Assembly: GCA_050273025.1 (NCBI GenBank)
Contig: CP158635.1
Location: forward strand, 9,300,001-9,364,000
Source of the DNA: Cenococcum geophilum
Taxonomy: Eukaryota
Length of the DNA: 64,000 nt
Direction: 5' to 3'
This document shows, piece after piece, positions 38,400 through 51,306 of this stretch. A program made the translations under genes and the position numbers. Position 1 is the first letter of the stretch; the number at the start of each line of letters is the position of its first letter. The notes under the pieces are model-generated. The model saw only the letters and a list, made by a program, of their open reading frames with translations, had not been told where the DNA came from and made no database searches.

Positions 38400-39219
38400 G
38401 TAAAGCGATAAGGAGTAGTAATAGAAGCCTCCTCTTCTATCTTAACGTTATTATTAACGGTATTATTAGCTCCTCTATCCCTAGAATTATTAGTACTTCC
38501 ACTAATATTCTTCTTGGAACGACGGGTACTAAAAAGACTAGCATAGGCAGGAAACTGGCGAGGAGAACGTTTATCTTAACCGTTGTTACTATCCTTAGTA
38601 TCCCTAGGTTCTAAATCGGCGTCTAAGTAGGGATTAGAAAGACATTAGCTAAAGAAGTTAGCACAGTTCCTAAGTAAGTTACTAGAGAAACTTACCTGGC
38701 TAAAATAGCCCGCGTAAGAGTATAAATGTTATTATTAATAAGGACAAGCTGTTCGCATATACGCTCTTAGATACTATATATCCAAGAATATTATGTCTCC
38801 ACAGCAGTGGAAACCCTTATTAAATTAAAGAGTCTATAAGTAAGGGAAGACACCTTCTATCCCCGCCTATTACTATTAGGATATTAGCGGAAATCTTAAA
38901 TAGCGCGTTAGAGCCTATAAGTCTTATATATATAGATAGCGGGGATTTAGTATAATTAGCAAAACCTAAAATAAGACAGGATAGGAAATACTAGGACGTA
39001 GGTCTTTCTCCTACTACGGCAATAGGAGCGCTTAGATTTATTTTTACTAAAGTAAGGCATCTTATAGACGTAGAAAGGATCCTACGTAAGAGCATAAACG
39101 TAGCAACAACAGCATTTTAGGGAAACTGCCGTAGGAGCAACAGACGCTGTCTGGGGCGTCACTAGAAAAGGAATAACACTGCTACCAGTTTAGGGACGCG
39201 TAGAAGGACTACAAGCCAT
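38400..39219 (-). pseudogene. Antisense Cys-rich, intron-containing ORF in the 3' region of Gypsy C
   Basis: ATG at 39219; ...KCCCCYVYALT*DPFYVYKMP...KRSYCRSRRKTYVL (Cys cluster after reversing RIP); intron signals GTAAGT...GCTAAC...TAG at ~38695-38646. Confidence 0.5.
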
Positions 39220-40897
39220 TATAAGAGAATACTCTAAGAAGTTAGCATTATTATAAGAGATAAGGTAGGATCCTATTACTTATAAACGTATTATAAGAAG
39301 AGAATAAAGTAGCTATAAAAGAATAGCTAAAGACACGGAAGCTAAAAGCGGAGATATAGAGGAAATAGTCTGCTAAAAGACGAGACGAATAGTGTTGTTA
39401 ATAAAAAGACGCGTAAGAGGCGACAGCTTATAAACTAGAAGAAAATTAAAATAAAGACGTTATTATTAGAATCTATTTTAGGTAAATAGGGATAGTAGCT
39501 CGTAGACGCGTTGCACAGGACAACCTCTAGATTAACTTATAACAAACTCTTATAATAAGAAAGGTAAATCCCATCTAATTTTTATTATTATTATTTTAGT
39601 TCCATTATAAAGGCATTATAAGAAACTATAGTAGGAGAAAAGTAGAGAAACTGAGGATAAAGTAAAGTTCTACGCTAGTAAAGAACTAGCTATAAGCCGC
39701 ATTATAGAGTACCTTTTTACTAAGAATTTCCCTAGTGGTTTTAGCCGGAACTCTATAAAAGCTTAGTAGAGGCGAAGTCTTAGAGGACTAAGACCCTTAA
39801 AGGGGAGGCAATTATAACGGAATTCCCTAGAAGGTACATATTAGATAAGACAGAAGGAGGTCTTATCTATATTCCATCTACGTCCTAAAAGACACAGTTA
39901 GATAGATAAGGGGTAAAGGGTTTTACTAGCGTCTTAGAAGGATTATATAGGGAGCTAGTTCTCCTCTAGAGAAGAACTAGCGATTAGTCTCTAAATAGAA
40001 GTAGTTAGAAGCATTTGGCCTTTAATACGTAAAAACTCATTCTACCTTCTACTTACCTTTAATATACCTTCGTCTTACCTTCTACTTACCGGTAACACTG
40101 TTAATTAGATAATTATACATTCTGGTTAAGCTAGCCTCTTATAGAATTATATCCTATATTAGGTAATTATCCAAAATTTACGCGGACTCTAAATTATAAG
40201 ACTAAACCTGGAAACCTCCTATATTTAAGTAGAATCTATATATAAGGGACTATTAGGCTCCTAAATATTAGCTCTTTCCTAGCCTAAGAATAGGGTAGCG
40301 CGCTCCTAGATATTTATTATAAGTAATATACATAGCAACCTTAGGCGCTATTAAAAGAAAAAATAGAAAAAGTATTTTATTTAGCATTTAATACCAATAT
40401 AAGGATCTAGGAGGTAGTATCCGGATGTACTATTATCCAACAGTAAAGAAAAACCGTAAAAAGACAAGACCACACTATATTAAGTATACCTCTACTATCC
40501 GGTGACTTAGTCTAACCCTTTCTTATCCCTAAGGATAATCTAGCTAGAGACGGGCTCGCGTATATATTGAGAGTAAATGCGAAGAATAGAGCGGCACAAT
40601 TAAGGCTAGTATAAGTGCGCGCCATTGGAAAACTTCTATTAGGAGCCCAGTTTCGTTTTCACTCTTTAAAATATTATAAAATTGAACTTTTTACCGGCGC
40701 GTCGACCAAATGTGAAAAGGAACGAGTTTAAGGGTTGCCAACGTTTGTGAAGAGATGAAGTCAAGGTAAATATGAGGCGTAGGATCGTTTGCAACATAGC
40801 GCAGGGGCTAAGTTGGCGTGTGCATTAGGCCATGTTCGATAACTCGTTTTGGCCAGGTCGGCTCCACCAGGTGGGCGCAGCCAGGTCGACACTTTTA

Positions 40898-41043
40898 CAA
40901 GGGGGCTACCTAAGCGGGCTGCCGCCCTCCCTGCAAGTTTTGGGTAGCATTATAGTTGTACCCTACGAAAATAATATGGATTCGACTATAATGCTACCCA
41001 AAACTTGCAGGGAGGGCGGCAGCCCGCTCAGGTAGCCCCCTTG
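40898..41043. mobile_element. 146-bp MITE of Tc1/mariner type
   Basis: ~60-bp arms CAAGGGGGCTACCT(A/G)AGCGGGCTGCCGCCCTCCCTGCAAGTTTTGGGTAGCATTATAGT; flanked by TA on both sides. Confidence 0.85.
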
Positions 41044-41599
41044 TACGGCCCACCTGGGCGCAATCTGCAGGGTGTAAGCGCCTCTTCTAGGCGCCAAAGC
41101 AGGGGGGGTTTCCCACCTGGAAGGAGGCGTTCGTTCGGTAGGCGATTCGCTAAAAAGGAGCCGTCGCCAGACAGGAAGGGCGGTGAGGATAATGGTTATG
41201 TAATCCGCGCAGGACATTGAAAAGGCCTATATAGAATGGATAGTTAGAACCTTATCAATATATCAACTAATTCGTAATATCTACTTACTGCTTTTGATGG
41301 CCGACGACGATACACCTATAGAGGGTAGCCCTGCCGATACTGCCGACGTTACTGCCTTTACCTATGCTTCTACCCATGCCTCTACTAGCACCCCTCTACT
41401 GAATACATCCAGTAACATGCGGATCGTTGGTACCCCCCAACGAAAACTTTAACCCGAGTTTATAATTAATAAGCCGATTAATTAACCTAAAGCTTTAATT
41501 TAGAGCCTTATTGTATAGAGCTTAATTAACATATACTAGTAGGTATGGATTTATTTCGCAAATCCTATACCTCTGTCGTGCCTTGCAGTAGGGGGTAAG

Positions 41600-43590
41600 C
41601 TTTAGGTAGAGCCTTGTGCAGAGCCTTATGCAGAGCCTTATGCAGAGCCTTATGCAGAGCTTTGATAAAGTCTTGTGTAGAGCTTTGGTAGAGCCTTGTG
41701 CAGAGCTTTGGTAGAGCCTCGTGCGGAGCTTTATGCAGAGCCTTGCATAGAGCCACGTGCAGACGTATAGACGTGCAGACGTGTAGACATGCAAACGTGC
41801 AGACGTGCGGACGTGCAGACGTGCAGCCGTTTGTTCTAGCGATTAATTACAGAGACATTTATAGAGGCGGTTGTATAGGCAATTGTATGGGCGTTTAATT
41901 GATCGTTCGTACGGGCGTTTATGTAGGCGATTAATTAATTAATTAATTATATGGACATTTGTAGAGCTGTTCGTAGAGACGTTCGCATGGGCGTTTAATT
42001 AATTGATTGTATAGGCGTTTGGTTGATTAATTGATTAATTATATAGGCGTTTGCATAGGCAATTAATCGATTAATTGACGAATTGTATGGGTATTCGTAC
42101 GGGCGATTGTATAGACGTTCGTAGAGCCGTTTATAGAGCTGTTCGTGCAGACGATTATAGAGCCTTCCTATTATATTAGTGCTGCGTGTTAGTAGAAATT
42201 TAGAACTCCGTATTAAGCTTTAAGTAGAGTTTCGGGTAGAGCTTTGAGCTCAAGGGGGAAACCCCCTTGGACCCCCCCCCCCCCCCCCCCTACGCACTGC
42301 GTGCTCTATTTACTGTGTGGGCAGAGCTCTTGCAGAGGCTTTGGTAGAGTGTTTAGCAGAGCGTTTAGTAGAGCTTTTGTAGAGCTTCTGCAGAGCTGTG
42401 TAGAGCTTCGGTAGAGCTTTGTGTAGAGCTTCGGTAGAGCTTCGTGCAGAACTTTGGTAGAGCTTCGTGTAGTGCTTCGGTAGAGCTTTGTCCAGAGCTT
42501 TGGTAGAGCTTTGTGCAAAGCTTTAGTAGAGTTTCGTGCAGAGCCTTGTGCAGAGCCTTGTGCAGAGCCATATGCAGGCGTTCGCACGGGCGATTAACTG
42601 CAGAGACGTTTGTAGAGACGATTGTTTAGGCAATTGCATGGACGTTTGATTGATCGTTCGTACGGGCGTTCGTATGGGCGATTGATCGATTGATTAATTG
42701 TATAGACGTTTACAGAGCCGTGCGTAGAGCCATTTGTAGAGCCATTTATAGAGACGTTTATACGGGCGTTTGATTGATCGATTGTATAGGCGTTTAGTTG
42801 ATTAATCAATTGATTGTATAGGCCTTTGTATAGGCATTTGATTAATTAATCGATTAATTGTATGGGCGTTTATACGGGCGATCGTGTAGACGTTTATAGA
42901 GCCGTTTATGGAGCCGTTTGTGCAGATAATTATAGAGCCTTCCTAGTATATCATTGCTGCGTGTTAGTGGAGCTTTGAGCTCAAGGGGGAGACCCCCTTG
43001 GACCCCCCCTGCGCACTGCGTCCTCTATTTACCGCATGGGCAGAGCTCTTGCAGAGGCTTTGGTAGAGCTTTTGCAGAGCTTTTGCAGAGCTTTGTATGG
43101 AGGTTCGTGTAGAGCTTTTGCAGAGCTTCGGTAGAGCTTCGTGCAGAGCTTCGGTAGAGCTTCGTGCAGAGCCTTGTGCAGAGCCTTGTGTAGAGCCACA
43201 TGCAGGCGTTCGCACAGGCGTTCGTGCAGGCGTTCGTGCAGACGTTTGCGCAGACGTTTGTAGAGATATTTGTACGGACGATTGTAGAGCCGTCGTAGAG
43301 GCATTTGTAGACGTTCGTAGAGACGATTGTGAGACTTCCTAGTATATTAATGCTGCGTGTTAGTAGAGCTTTGGAGCTCCGTATAGGGCTTCGAGCAGGG
43401 CTTCGAGCAGGGCTTCGAGCAGAGCTTCGAGCAGAGCTTCGAGCAGAGTTTCAAGGATACCCCCTTAGACCCCATGCGCACTGCGTGCTCTATTTCACTG
43501 CGTGGCCAGTACACTGGGTGGGCAGAGGTGTTGTAAAGCCTTTGGTAGAGCTTTTGGTAGAGCTTTGGCAGAGCTTCGTACGGAGCTTAG
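41600..43590. repeat. Compound array: three higher-order units built from 12-bp GCAGAGCTTCGT, 8-bp GCAGACGT and TTGA/TTAA-type subrepeats, each closed by a hairpin plus C-tract
   Basis: Marker CAAGGGGGA(A/G)ACCCCCTTGGACCCC...GCACTGCGT(G/C)CTCTATTT at 42251, 42982 and (degenerate) 43452. Confidence 0.88.
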
Positions 43591-44852
43591 TGTTTTGAAG
43601 TTCGTCACGTGGATTCTGCCACAACTTACCGCGCGCACTTTTTTTCTAACCAATCAGAAGCTAGCTTGGCAGGGTTTGAATTCTGGGACCCGAAAATATA
43701 GACCACTCGTACCTCGGGTCAATAAGGTCCTTTAAAGCAGCTACCACCTCCACTAAAGCCGCACCAGCGCCTATATTAACATCTGCGACGACCTCTTTAA
43801 GGAAGCGACTAAGGAGGATAACGGTAGCAACAACTCTTGCGGCTAATAAGCAGGATAAGGATTAGGACACTAGCAAGCCAGCTACTAAAAGGACTTAGAG
43901 GAAGAAGACTATATAGGAAGGCGAAGTTGTTAATAAGTAGGCTTAATTTTTATGGCTTCTAGCCTTAAATAAAGCCTTCTTGGACTTTCTAAGGTTATTA
44001 ATAACCTAGGGCAAGGAAATAAATGGGGCTACCTTTAAAGCTACTAACTATACTAACGCTATTAGCTTTATTAGCTTAAAATTAGGCTAGGTTCTTACTA
44101 TAGAGCAGCTAATAAATAAGTATAATTACTAAAAGACGTACTAGCGTAAATAGAAGGCTTATATAAAGGCGTGTTCTAGCTAGGGGGCGTAAAAGGTTAC
44201 TGGTCTTCTATATACTAATAAACCTAGAGTAATAGACGGCTATTTTAATTGGCATATTAAAAGGTGGCCTTTTAGGAAGAAGTACCTACTTTATTTTAAA
44301 TAGCTAAAGGAGCTTCTTAAGGGTAAGATAGCCAGCGGCGAATACACCGCGTTAATTAATGACGCGCTTAATAAGAGTTCGGCTTATAATAATTAGGAAG
44401 ATAATAATAATAGCTTATTTAATACAGACGTAGAGCATAAGAAGGAAGATAAGGACACTAAGTATTTAAATACTCTACTTTAAATAATTAAACGGAGTCT
44501 ATCTAGTGTATTACTTCCTCTTCTACTTCCTTATCTAAGCTTTCTACACCCTTGCGTTCCCTATTAGTACTTAGTATAACGTTATCTTTAGTAGGCTAGT
44601 TACTATTACTAGTTACAGAAAAGAAGCCTTAAAATACTTAGAAAGTAAAGGACCTTAATATGGTATAGTGGTTAACAAAGAACGCAGCTAAAGCTGCTAA
44701 TTAAAGCTATTTATTAAAGACAGTAAAAGGGTTAGAGGCTTTAAGTAAGAGTATTAGTAAAGCAATGGCGGCTTTTAGTGCTTTAGAGACGACGCTATTA
44801 GCGTTAAAAAGCTCGCTAATAAGGAGGGCTGTATATAGCTTTATTAAGGACT

Positions 44853-47800
44853 TATAACGGGACTAGCCTAGTTATAGTAGGAATGTCTCGGTAAAACACT
44901 TAATAGATAAATTCCAACGCTTTAACCGAATTTTGCTAGATTAATTAAATTTTACTAAAGTCCGTTAAAGACCGCGTATGTATATGCGTACGCATCGACC
45001 ACTAAGCCCCTAACTATTTAATTATATAATTCTCTTATTATTCCTTTCTCTTCTTTATATAACGTCTTGTTCTTAGCAAGAGCTATATACCCTTAGATTT
45101 AGATAGAATTTATATTATTCCTTTAAATCTTCCCTAAAGCCTCTTCGCGCCCTTATATTACGTTACGTTAAAATAACTACTATTAAAATAGTAAATAAAC
45201 TTAAACCCTCCGCGTTAACTATAAGCATTATAGCCCTAGTTAAGGAATAGTTAACTATAATATAACAGTCCTTTATAGATACTTTAGCCTAACAGCGAGC
45301 AATATTAGAAGCTTAGCACTGGCAATTAATAGGAATAATCTATAAAGAACTCCGTAACCTTAAAGCACTTATATTAAAGACCCTAATAGTAATACTTATA
45401 AATAAAATTAAAATAACTATATATAAACCCGACCCGTTAAATACAAACCCTAAACTAGTAATAACAGCTTAACTTATACCTATAATAAACCTAGTACCTA
45501 CTATAAAATCTAAAAAGCTCCCTAACCCTCTAATATTTAATAGAAATTAAAATAACCTACGTCCCTTTATAACTAAGCTCTGTCTTAAACTTTTAATAAA
45601 CTATAACTAATACCCTACTAAAGCTAGTAAGATTAGTTATGGAATGTCTTATTTAAGTAAAGACGCTATATAAACTATAGACCCATTTTTCCGTAATAGC
45701 ACCTTTATTAATTTTAAAATCTTTATCTCTCTATTAAAATAAATATATAATAACGCTAGCCGCGAATATATAGCTGTTACTAAACTTAAAAACCTATAAT
45801 AATAGAACCGAGACTTTACTAGCTTCTTTTTAGAATTTTTAGGCCTTATTAGTAAACTAGATTAGAATAAAGCCGCTAGAGTTACTGCTCTTTATTAAGC
45901 TATTTTAGATAAAATTAGAGTATAGTTAGTAGGTAGAAAACTGCTAAAGAACTTACCTAAATTTGCTATAATATGTTAACAAATTAATAAGGACCTTTAA
46001 TATAATAAATAAACTTATTCTCTAAAGCTAACTATACCTTATTTATAAAACTCTATAAAACTAGTATATACCTTAAAGCGCGATCCGTCTTTAAGACCTA
46101 AAAGCCCTATATATAACCCTATGGACCTTAACACCACTTAATTCTATATACTTTTAGGAACTAATAAATAAAGAATATAAGCCGTAAATAGAGAATATTC
46201 TAAATATAGAAAAAAGGGAAATATTTAAAGGGATTACCAAACTTACCCTTTTAAAAAGGTTCGCCGTAGCTCCTCTTAGTCCTTAAGTTACACTTATTCT
46301 ATAAATTATACTTAGTCGCCATAAAGTATCTTACCTTTAGTTAACTTAGAAAATGAATCGTTCTAGGGCTAAGTTACGCCTTAGGATAAGAAATAGAAGA
46401 GTATAAGTATCTAGGCTCTTCTAGCACTAATATATAATATAACTCCCTTAATATACTTAGCGAAATTTAAATACTTAAAAAATAGAAAGAAGTATAAATC
46501 CTAATAGATAGCGGAGCTACTAGTATAGGCTTTATTAATACAAACTATGTGAAAACCTAATACCTAAATTTAAAATAACTTAAGCAACCATAAGGCCTAT
46601 AAAGCTTTAATAGTAAACCCTTAATATATAGTAAACTAACGTACTACGCTCTTATAAAGTTATAAATAGGTAAATACCTTAAATATATTCCCCTATTTAT
46701 AACCCCCTTAAAGTAATATAAGATAATACTAAAATATAGATAACTAAAGCGATATAACCCTTTAATTAGTTAGGTAAAAGAAATACTAAAGTTCTATATA
46801 ACCTACTACCGAAGTTATTATTTAAAATACTATATACCCTATAAATATGCATATAATTATTTAACTTTAAAATAATATAAGCTGCCCTTACTATAAACCT
46901 TAAACTAATATAATAAAGCTATAACTGCTAATTATAGTAAGGAATGCGAAGACGATATATTAAAACCCCTTAAAATTTATATAATATAAGCCGTACCCTT
47001 TTATTTATTAGTAAGAAGACGAGACTATAAGATCTTTACTATAACACTAGAAGATATTAAAAAGGCATTAAAACTAAAGCAATATATTAACCCCTAACCT
47101 CTTATACCTAAAGAATATTATAATCTAATTAATACGTTTAAGAAACGATTCGCAGACTAACTACCCCTATATTAAGATAAGTATAATTTTAAAATAGAAC
47201 TTAAACCTAGTATAACGCTAAAGTTTAGCCCGTTATACGGTATATTATAAGAAGAGCTGCTTATAATATAATAATACCTTAAAGAGCACCTAGAGAAAGG
47301 ATTTGTTTACCCTAGCTAATTACTATTTACTTTACCCGTACTATTTATTAAGAAACTTAAAGGAGGCTTAAGGTTCTATATTAATTATTAAGCCCTAAAT
47401 ATAATTATAATTTAAAACTAATATCTAATCCCTCTGCTTTAAGAAACGCTTAACTACTTAGTAAAAGTATAATACTTTATAAAGTTTAACATAGTTACTG
47501 CCTTTAATTAAATCCGTGTTTATAAAAGAGATAAGAAGTATACGGCTTTCCGTATATAATAGAGACTTTTTAAATACCTAGTAATGCCATTTAGTGTAAA
47601 AAATAGTTTTAGTATATTTTAGTAATATATTAATAATACGCTTCGCGAATTCCTTAATATATTTATTACCGCGTATATTAATAATATCTTAATTTATTCG
47701 TCTTTGCTTCTTAAGCATTAGAAGCACGTCTAAATAGTCCTTAAACGCCTATAAGATATAGGCTTATAATGCGATATTAAGAAATATAAGTTTTATATAT

Positions 47801-50800
47801 CTAAAGTTATATACTTAGGTGTAACCGACTACGGTACTGCCGAGACAGCCTCAACGCCACCCAATATATTGATCGCAGATCAATATTGCTTGCAGATCAC
47901 TGTTCCTATTTCAGCTACCATTTCATGTATATATACCTCTTGATACCCATAGATTTACAATCAAGTTGCTCGTTCAATCCCACACACTGCAAAGCTTACA
48001 TTAGGCCTAATTATATCCTATAACGGAATTAAAATAGATCTTAAGAAAATTGCTGTAATTATAAACTAGGAAAGTCTTAGTAATATATAAAACATCTAAG
48101 GATTTTTAGGATTTGTAAATTTCTATTATTAATTTATTAATTACTTGTTAAAAATTGTTTAGCTATTAGTAAACTTAATAAGGAAGAATATAAGATTTAA
48201 ATAGACTACTAAATATAAATAAGCTTTTAACGACGTAAAATATCGTTTTATAACTACTCTAATTCTCGCCTATTTTAATCTAAACCTTAAATATATTATT
48301 AAAATAGACTCGTCTAATTATATACTAGGAGGAGTATTATTATAATATAATAAGAACGGCGAGCTACGCCTAGTAGCCTTTCTCTTTTAAAAACTTACCT
48401 CTATAGAATTAAACTATAAGATATATAATAAGGAACTGCTTATAATTATTAGATACTTTAAATAATAGCGTTTAAAACTTAAAGGATTGTTATTCCTAAT
48501 ACGCGTATTAACGGACTATAAAAACCTATAGTACTTTATAACTATAAAGCAATTAACATAGCGCTAAGTACCTTTTATAATTTAGCTTTAAGATTATATA
48601 CTAACCTGGCAATCTTAATTAAAAGCCTAACTTATTAATATAATAATTATAGGACTTACTTATAAACGCCTCTAATAAACGGATTATAAATTAATTACGA
48701 ATTCTACTACCCCCTAAACGCTTTAAGAAACTACGCCCTATATTTTTAAACGCGGAGCTTAATAGGAATAAATTAGAAATTAATAAGTAAGATATAGAAA
48801 TTAATAAATTAATAGAGCATAAATATAAGAATAACCCCTAGATAGTAGATATAATAAAAGCAATTTAAATAGGGAAACGGCAATATAAAGATATTATACT
48901 CGCTAAATGCGAAATCCGTAATAATTAGTTATACTATTAATAGAAGATAGTAATCCCGAATTCCGAACCCTTACAATTTAAGATACTCAAATTTATATAC
49001 AATTCCCCTATAGTAGGGTATCCTAGCTATATAAAGACCTATATAATTATCTAATAAGTATATTACTAGCTTATAATGCATAACTATATATAAAAATACG
49101 TTTAAGTATACAAAATATGCGTATATAGGAAGACCTCTTATATAAAGAAGTAAGGAGTACTTTAACTATTGCCAATTCCAATATAAAGATAGTAAGATAT
49201 CTTAATTAACTTTGTAGTTAACCTACCTAATAGTAATAGGTTTACGAATATTATAGTAGTTATTAACCGTCTTATAAAAATACGATATATAATTCCTATA
49301 GATTTAATTAATATAATATTAGTAGCCGAATATTTTATTGGGTATATTTTTAAGCTATATAGACTTCCTAATTTAATAATATCCAACTATAGAAGCCAGT
49401 TTATTTTAGACTTTTAATAAGCCCTATATAAATATAACTCTTAACTATATTTTATCTGGAGATAAATAGATAAACTAAAATTATAAATATAATTATAGAA
49501 TAATATCTATAAATATACTGCTTCTACCTATAAGATAACTAGGAAAAGTAGCTACCTTTAGCTAAGTTTACTGTAAATAATACAAGAAATAAATTAATAG
49601 GCATAATGCCGTTTTACGCAACCTACGAATAAGACCCTTAACTTAGGTTTAAACTATAACCCGAAATTAATATAGCAGGCCCTATAATTAAGAGGATTTA
49701 ACTAATTAATATATATAACTTTACTAATTAAATAAAGTAGTTAATAGAACTATTATAAAGTAAATTAGCGTATACTTAAATGGTATAGAAATAGTATATA
49801 AATAAAGAACGAGCTCCTATATAGGACTTTAAGGAAGGTAATATAGTTTACCTAAATATATAAAACCTAAAGACTTAATAACCCTTAAAAAAACCAGACT
49901 AGAAGTTTACGGGCCTATACTAAATTAAGAAGAAACTAAGCCTATACACTTATAAGCTTAAACTGCTAACTAAGATAAAAATATATCTAATATTTTATGT
50001 AAACTTGTTGTAACCCTTAAAGGGTAAACCTATAACTTATAAAGTGCCACTACTACCTCTCGTAATTGTTAATAATAGTAATAGCTTTTACTTTATTAAC
50101 TTAATTAACGATATATAATGGAAAATATAATCTAAATAATTTAAACTCCTTATTAAATAGAAAGGATATAAAATATAAATTTAGAAAACCTATAACTAGA
50201 TTAAAACCGACGCGCCTTCCCTAGTAAAAGAATTCTATAAAGACTATCCTTCGCGGCCTACTTTAGCTAGATAGATATAATATAAAGGTAAATAACTGCT
50301 ACCTAATATAAATATATAAAATACAATAGCAAGAAGCTTAAATTAAAAAGAACTTAAAATACGTTAGAACGTTTGTAATATAATTACGTAATATATAAGA
50401 TATTAAAGAACTTTAACTACTAGTTAAAGTTATCTAATTAGTTAGATCTGCCTTACTAAGACCTACTATAAAGATATTAGTTCTGCTTACCGCCTTAACT
50501 AAGCTAATAGTAATTTTCTATTTTGGGGATAGAAAATCCTAATTAGCCTATTTAATAATAGAATTAGTAAAACTTTATACCGCTACCTAACGCGAAAATA
50601 TAACACGCGATAAGTTATAAGTCTTAACTAAAATTAAATTATTTGGACCTTTAGCTAAAAGGGGGGGTACTATAACGGGACCAGCCTAGTTATAGTAGGA
50701 ATATCTTAGTAAAATACTTAATAGATAAATTCTAACGCTTTAACCAAATTCTGCTAGATTAATTAAATTTTACTAAAGTCTGTTAAAGACCGCGTGCATA

Positions 50801-50975
50801 TATACGCATATATTAACCACTAAGCCGCTAACTATTTAATTATACAATTCTCTTATTATTTCTTTCTCTTCTTTACGTAACGTCTTGTTCTTAGCGAGAG
50901 CTATATACACTTAGATTTAGATAGAATTTATATCGTTCCTTTAAATCTTTTCTAAAGCCTTTTCGCGCCCTTATA
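44853..50975 (+). mobile_element. Ty3/Gypsy chromovirus family D, full length
   Basis: 305-bp LTRs 44853-45157 and 50671-50975; TSD GGACT; gag, protease LIDSGA ~46500, RT YINNILIYS ~47675, RNase H, integrase, chromodomain ~50090-50250; PPT AAAAGGGGGGG. Confidence 0.95.
47820..48000. mobile_element. Solo LTR, 181 bp, inserted in Gypsy D RT
   Basis: TGTAA...TTACA termini; TSD TTAGG. Confidence 0.92.
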
Positions 50976-51306
50976 GGACTTTAGGCGCCTTACTACCACT
51001 AATTAGCAGCTTGTTCTAAAAGTATTTAAAGTAAAAAGCAGGACCTATATCTTTAATTCTTTTAGCGGTAACGCTTAAAACGGTTATATAGATTAATTAA
51101 TGGTTAATATATAGCTAAAGCCTATATATATTAAGTAGCTAGTATTAGTTAATAAAGTAGGAGAGGTTAATAGTAAAGTAGAGGCTTAATTAAGTTAGGA
51201 AATTGGCTTAATTAGATAAGAAAGCTAGCGATATAATTAAACTGTAATTAAATTATCTATTATGACTTTTTTATAAGTAATATTGCACGTTATTTTACTA
51301 CTTTAG

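Larger units (their letters stand above)
26599..40143 (+). mobile_element. Ty3/Gypsy chromovirus family C, full length, interrupted by a Copia element
   Basis: 331-bp LTRs 26599-26929 and 39813-40143; TSD GGATT/GAATT (one transition); gag from ~27085 with knuckle ~28050-28095; protease IDSG ~34620; RT ~35300-35800; RNase H; integrase ~37100-37800; chromodomain ~38200-38320; PPT AAAGGGGAGG. Confidence 0.94.
25870..40625 (-). pseudogene. Uncharacterised fungal multipass membrane protein gene, RIP-mutated and split by Gypsy C (parts 40625-40144 and 26598-~25870)
   Basis: ATG at 40625; G*TKSPDSRGILNIVWSCLFTVFLYCWIIVHP...LIAPK...FYLNIGGF; after the insertion ITKADIKDKGKTNTL...L*ILWFVI*...LPVITLEI..LAY...L*WNKPYNV. 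These match motifs I recognise from a widespread fungal membrane protein family (RGT.DI.WSC, APE, MGGF, I.DKSK.D, WW.KP.DV). Confidence 0.78.
43698..51138 (+). pseudogene. Myb/SANT-like DNA-binding protein gene (PIF/Harbinger ORF1 type), RIP-mutated and split by Gypsy D
   Basis: FLWLLALNKAFLDFL...GATFK...LTIEQLINKYNY*KTY*RK*KAY...CSS*G...DGYFNWHIKRWPFRKKY...LKELLKGKIASGEY fits the W..E..L / FK / T..QL.NK / K..W..W / SG.G / H...FR / G..A.G pattern; the frame resumes after the GGACT TSD at 50981. Confidence 0.78.

Noticed and set aside
41522..43735. Many overlapping short ORFs in the second array
   Set aside because: Same repeat artefact; no domain-like content.
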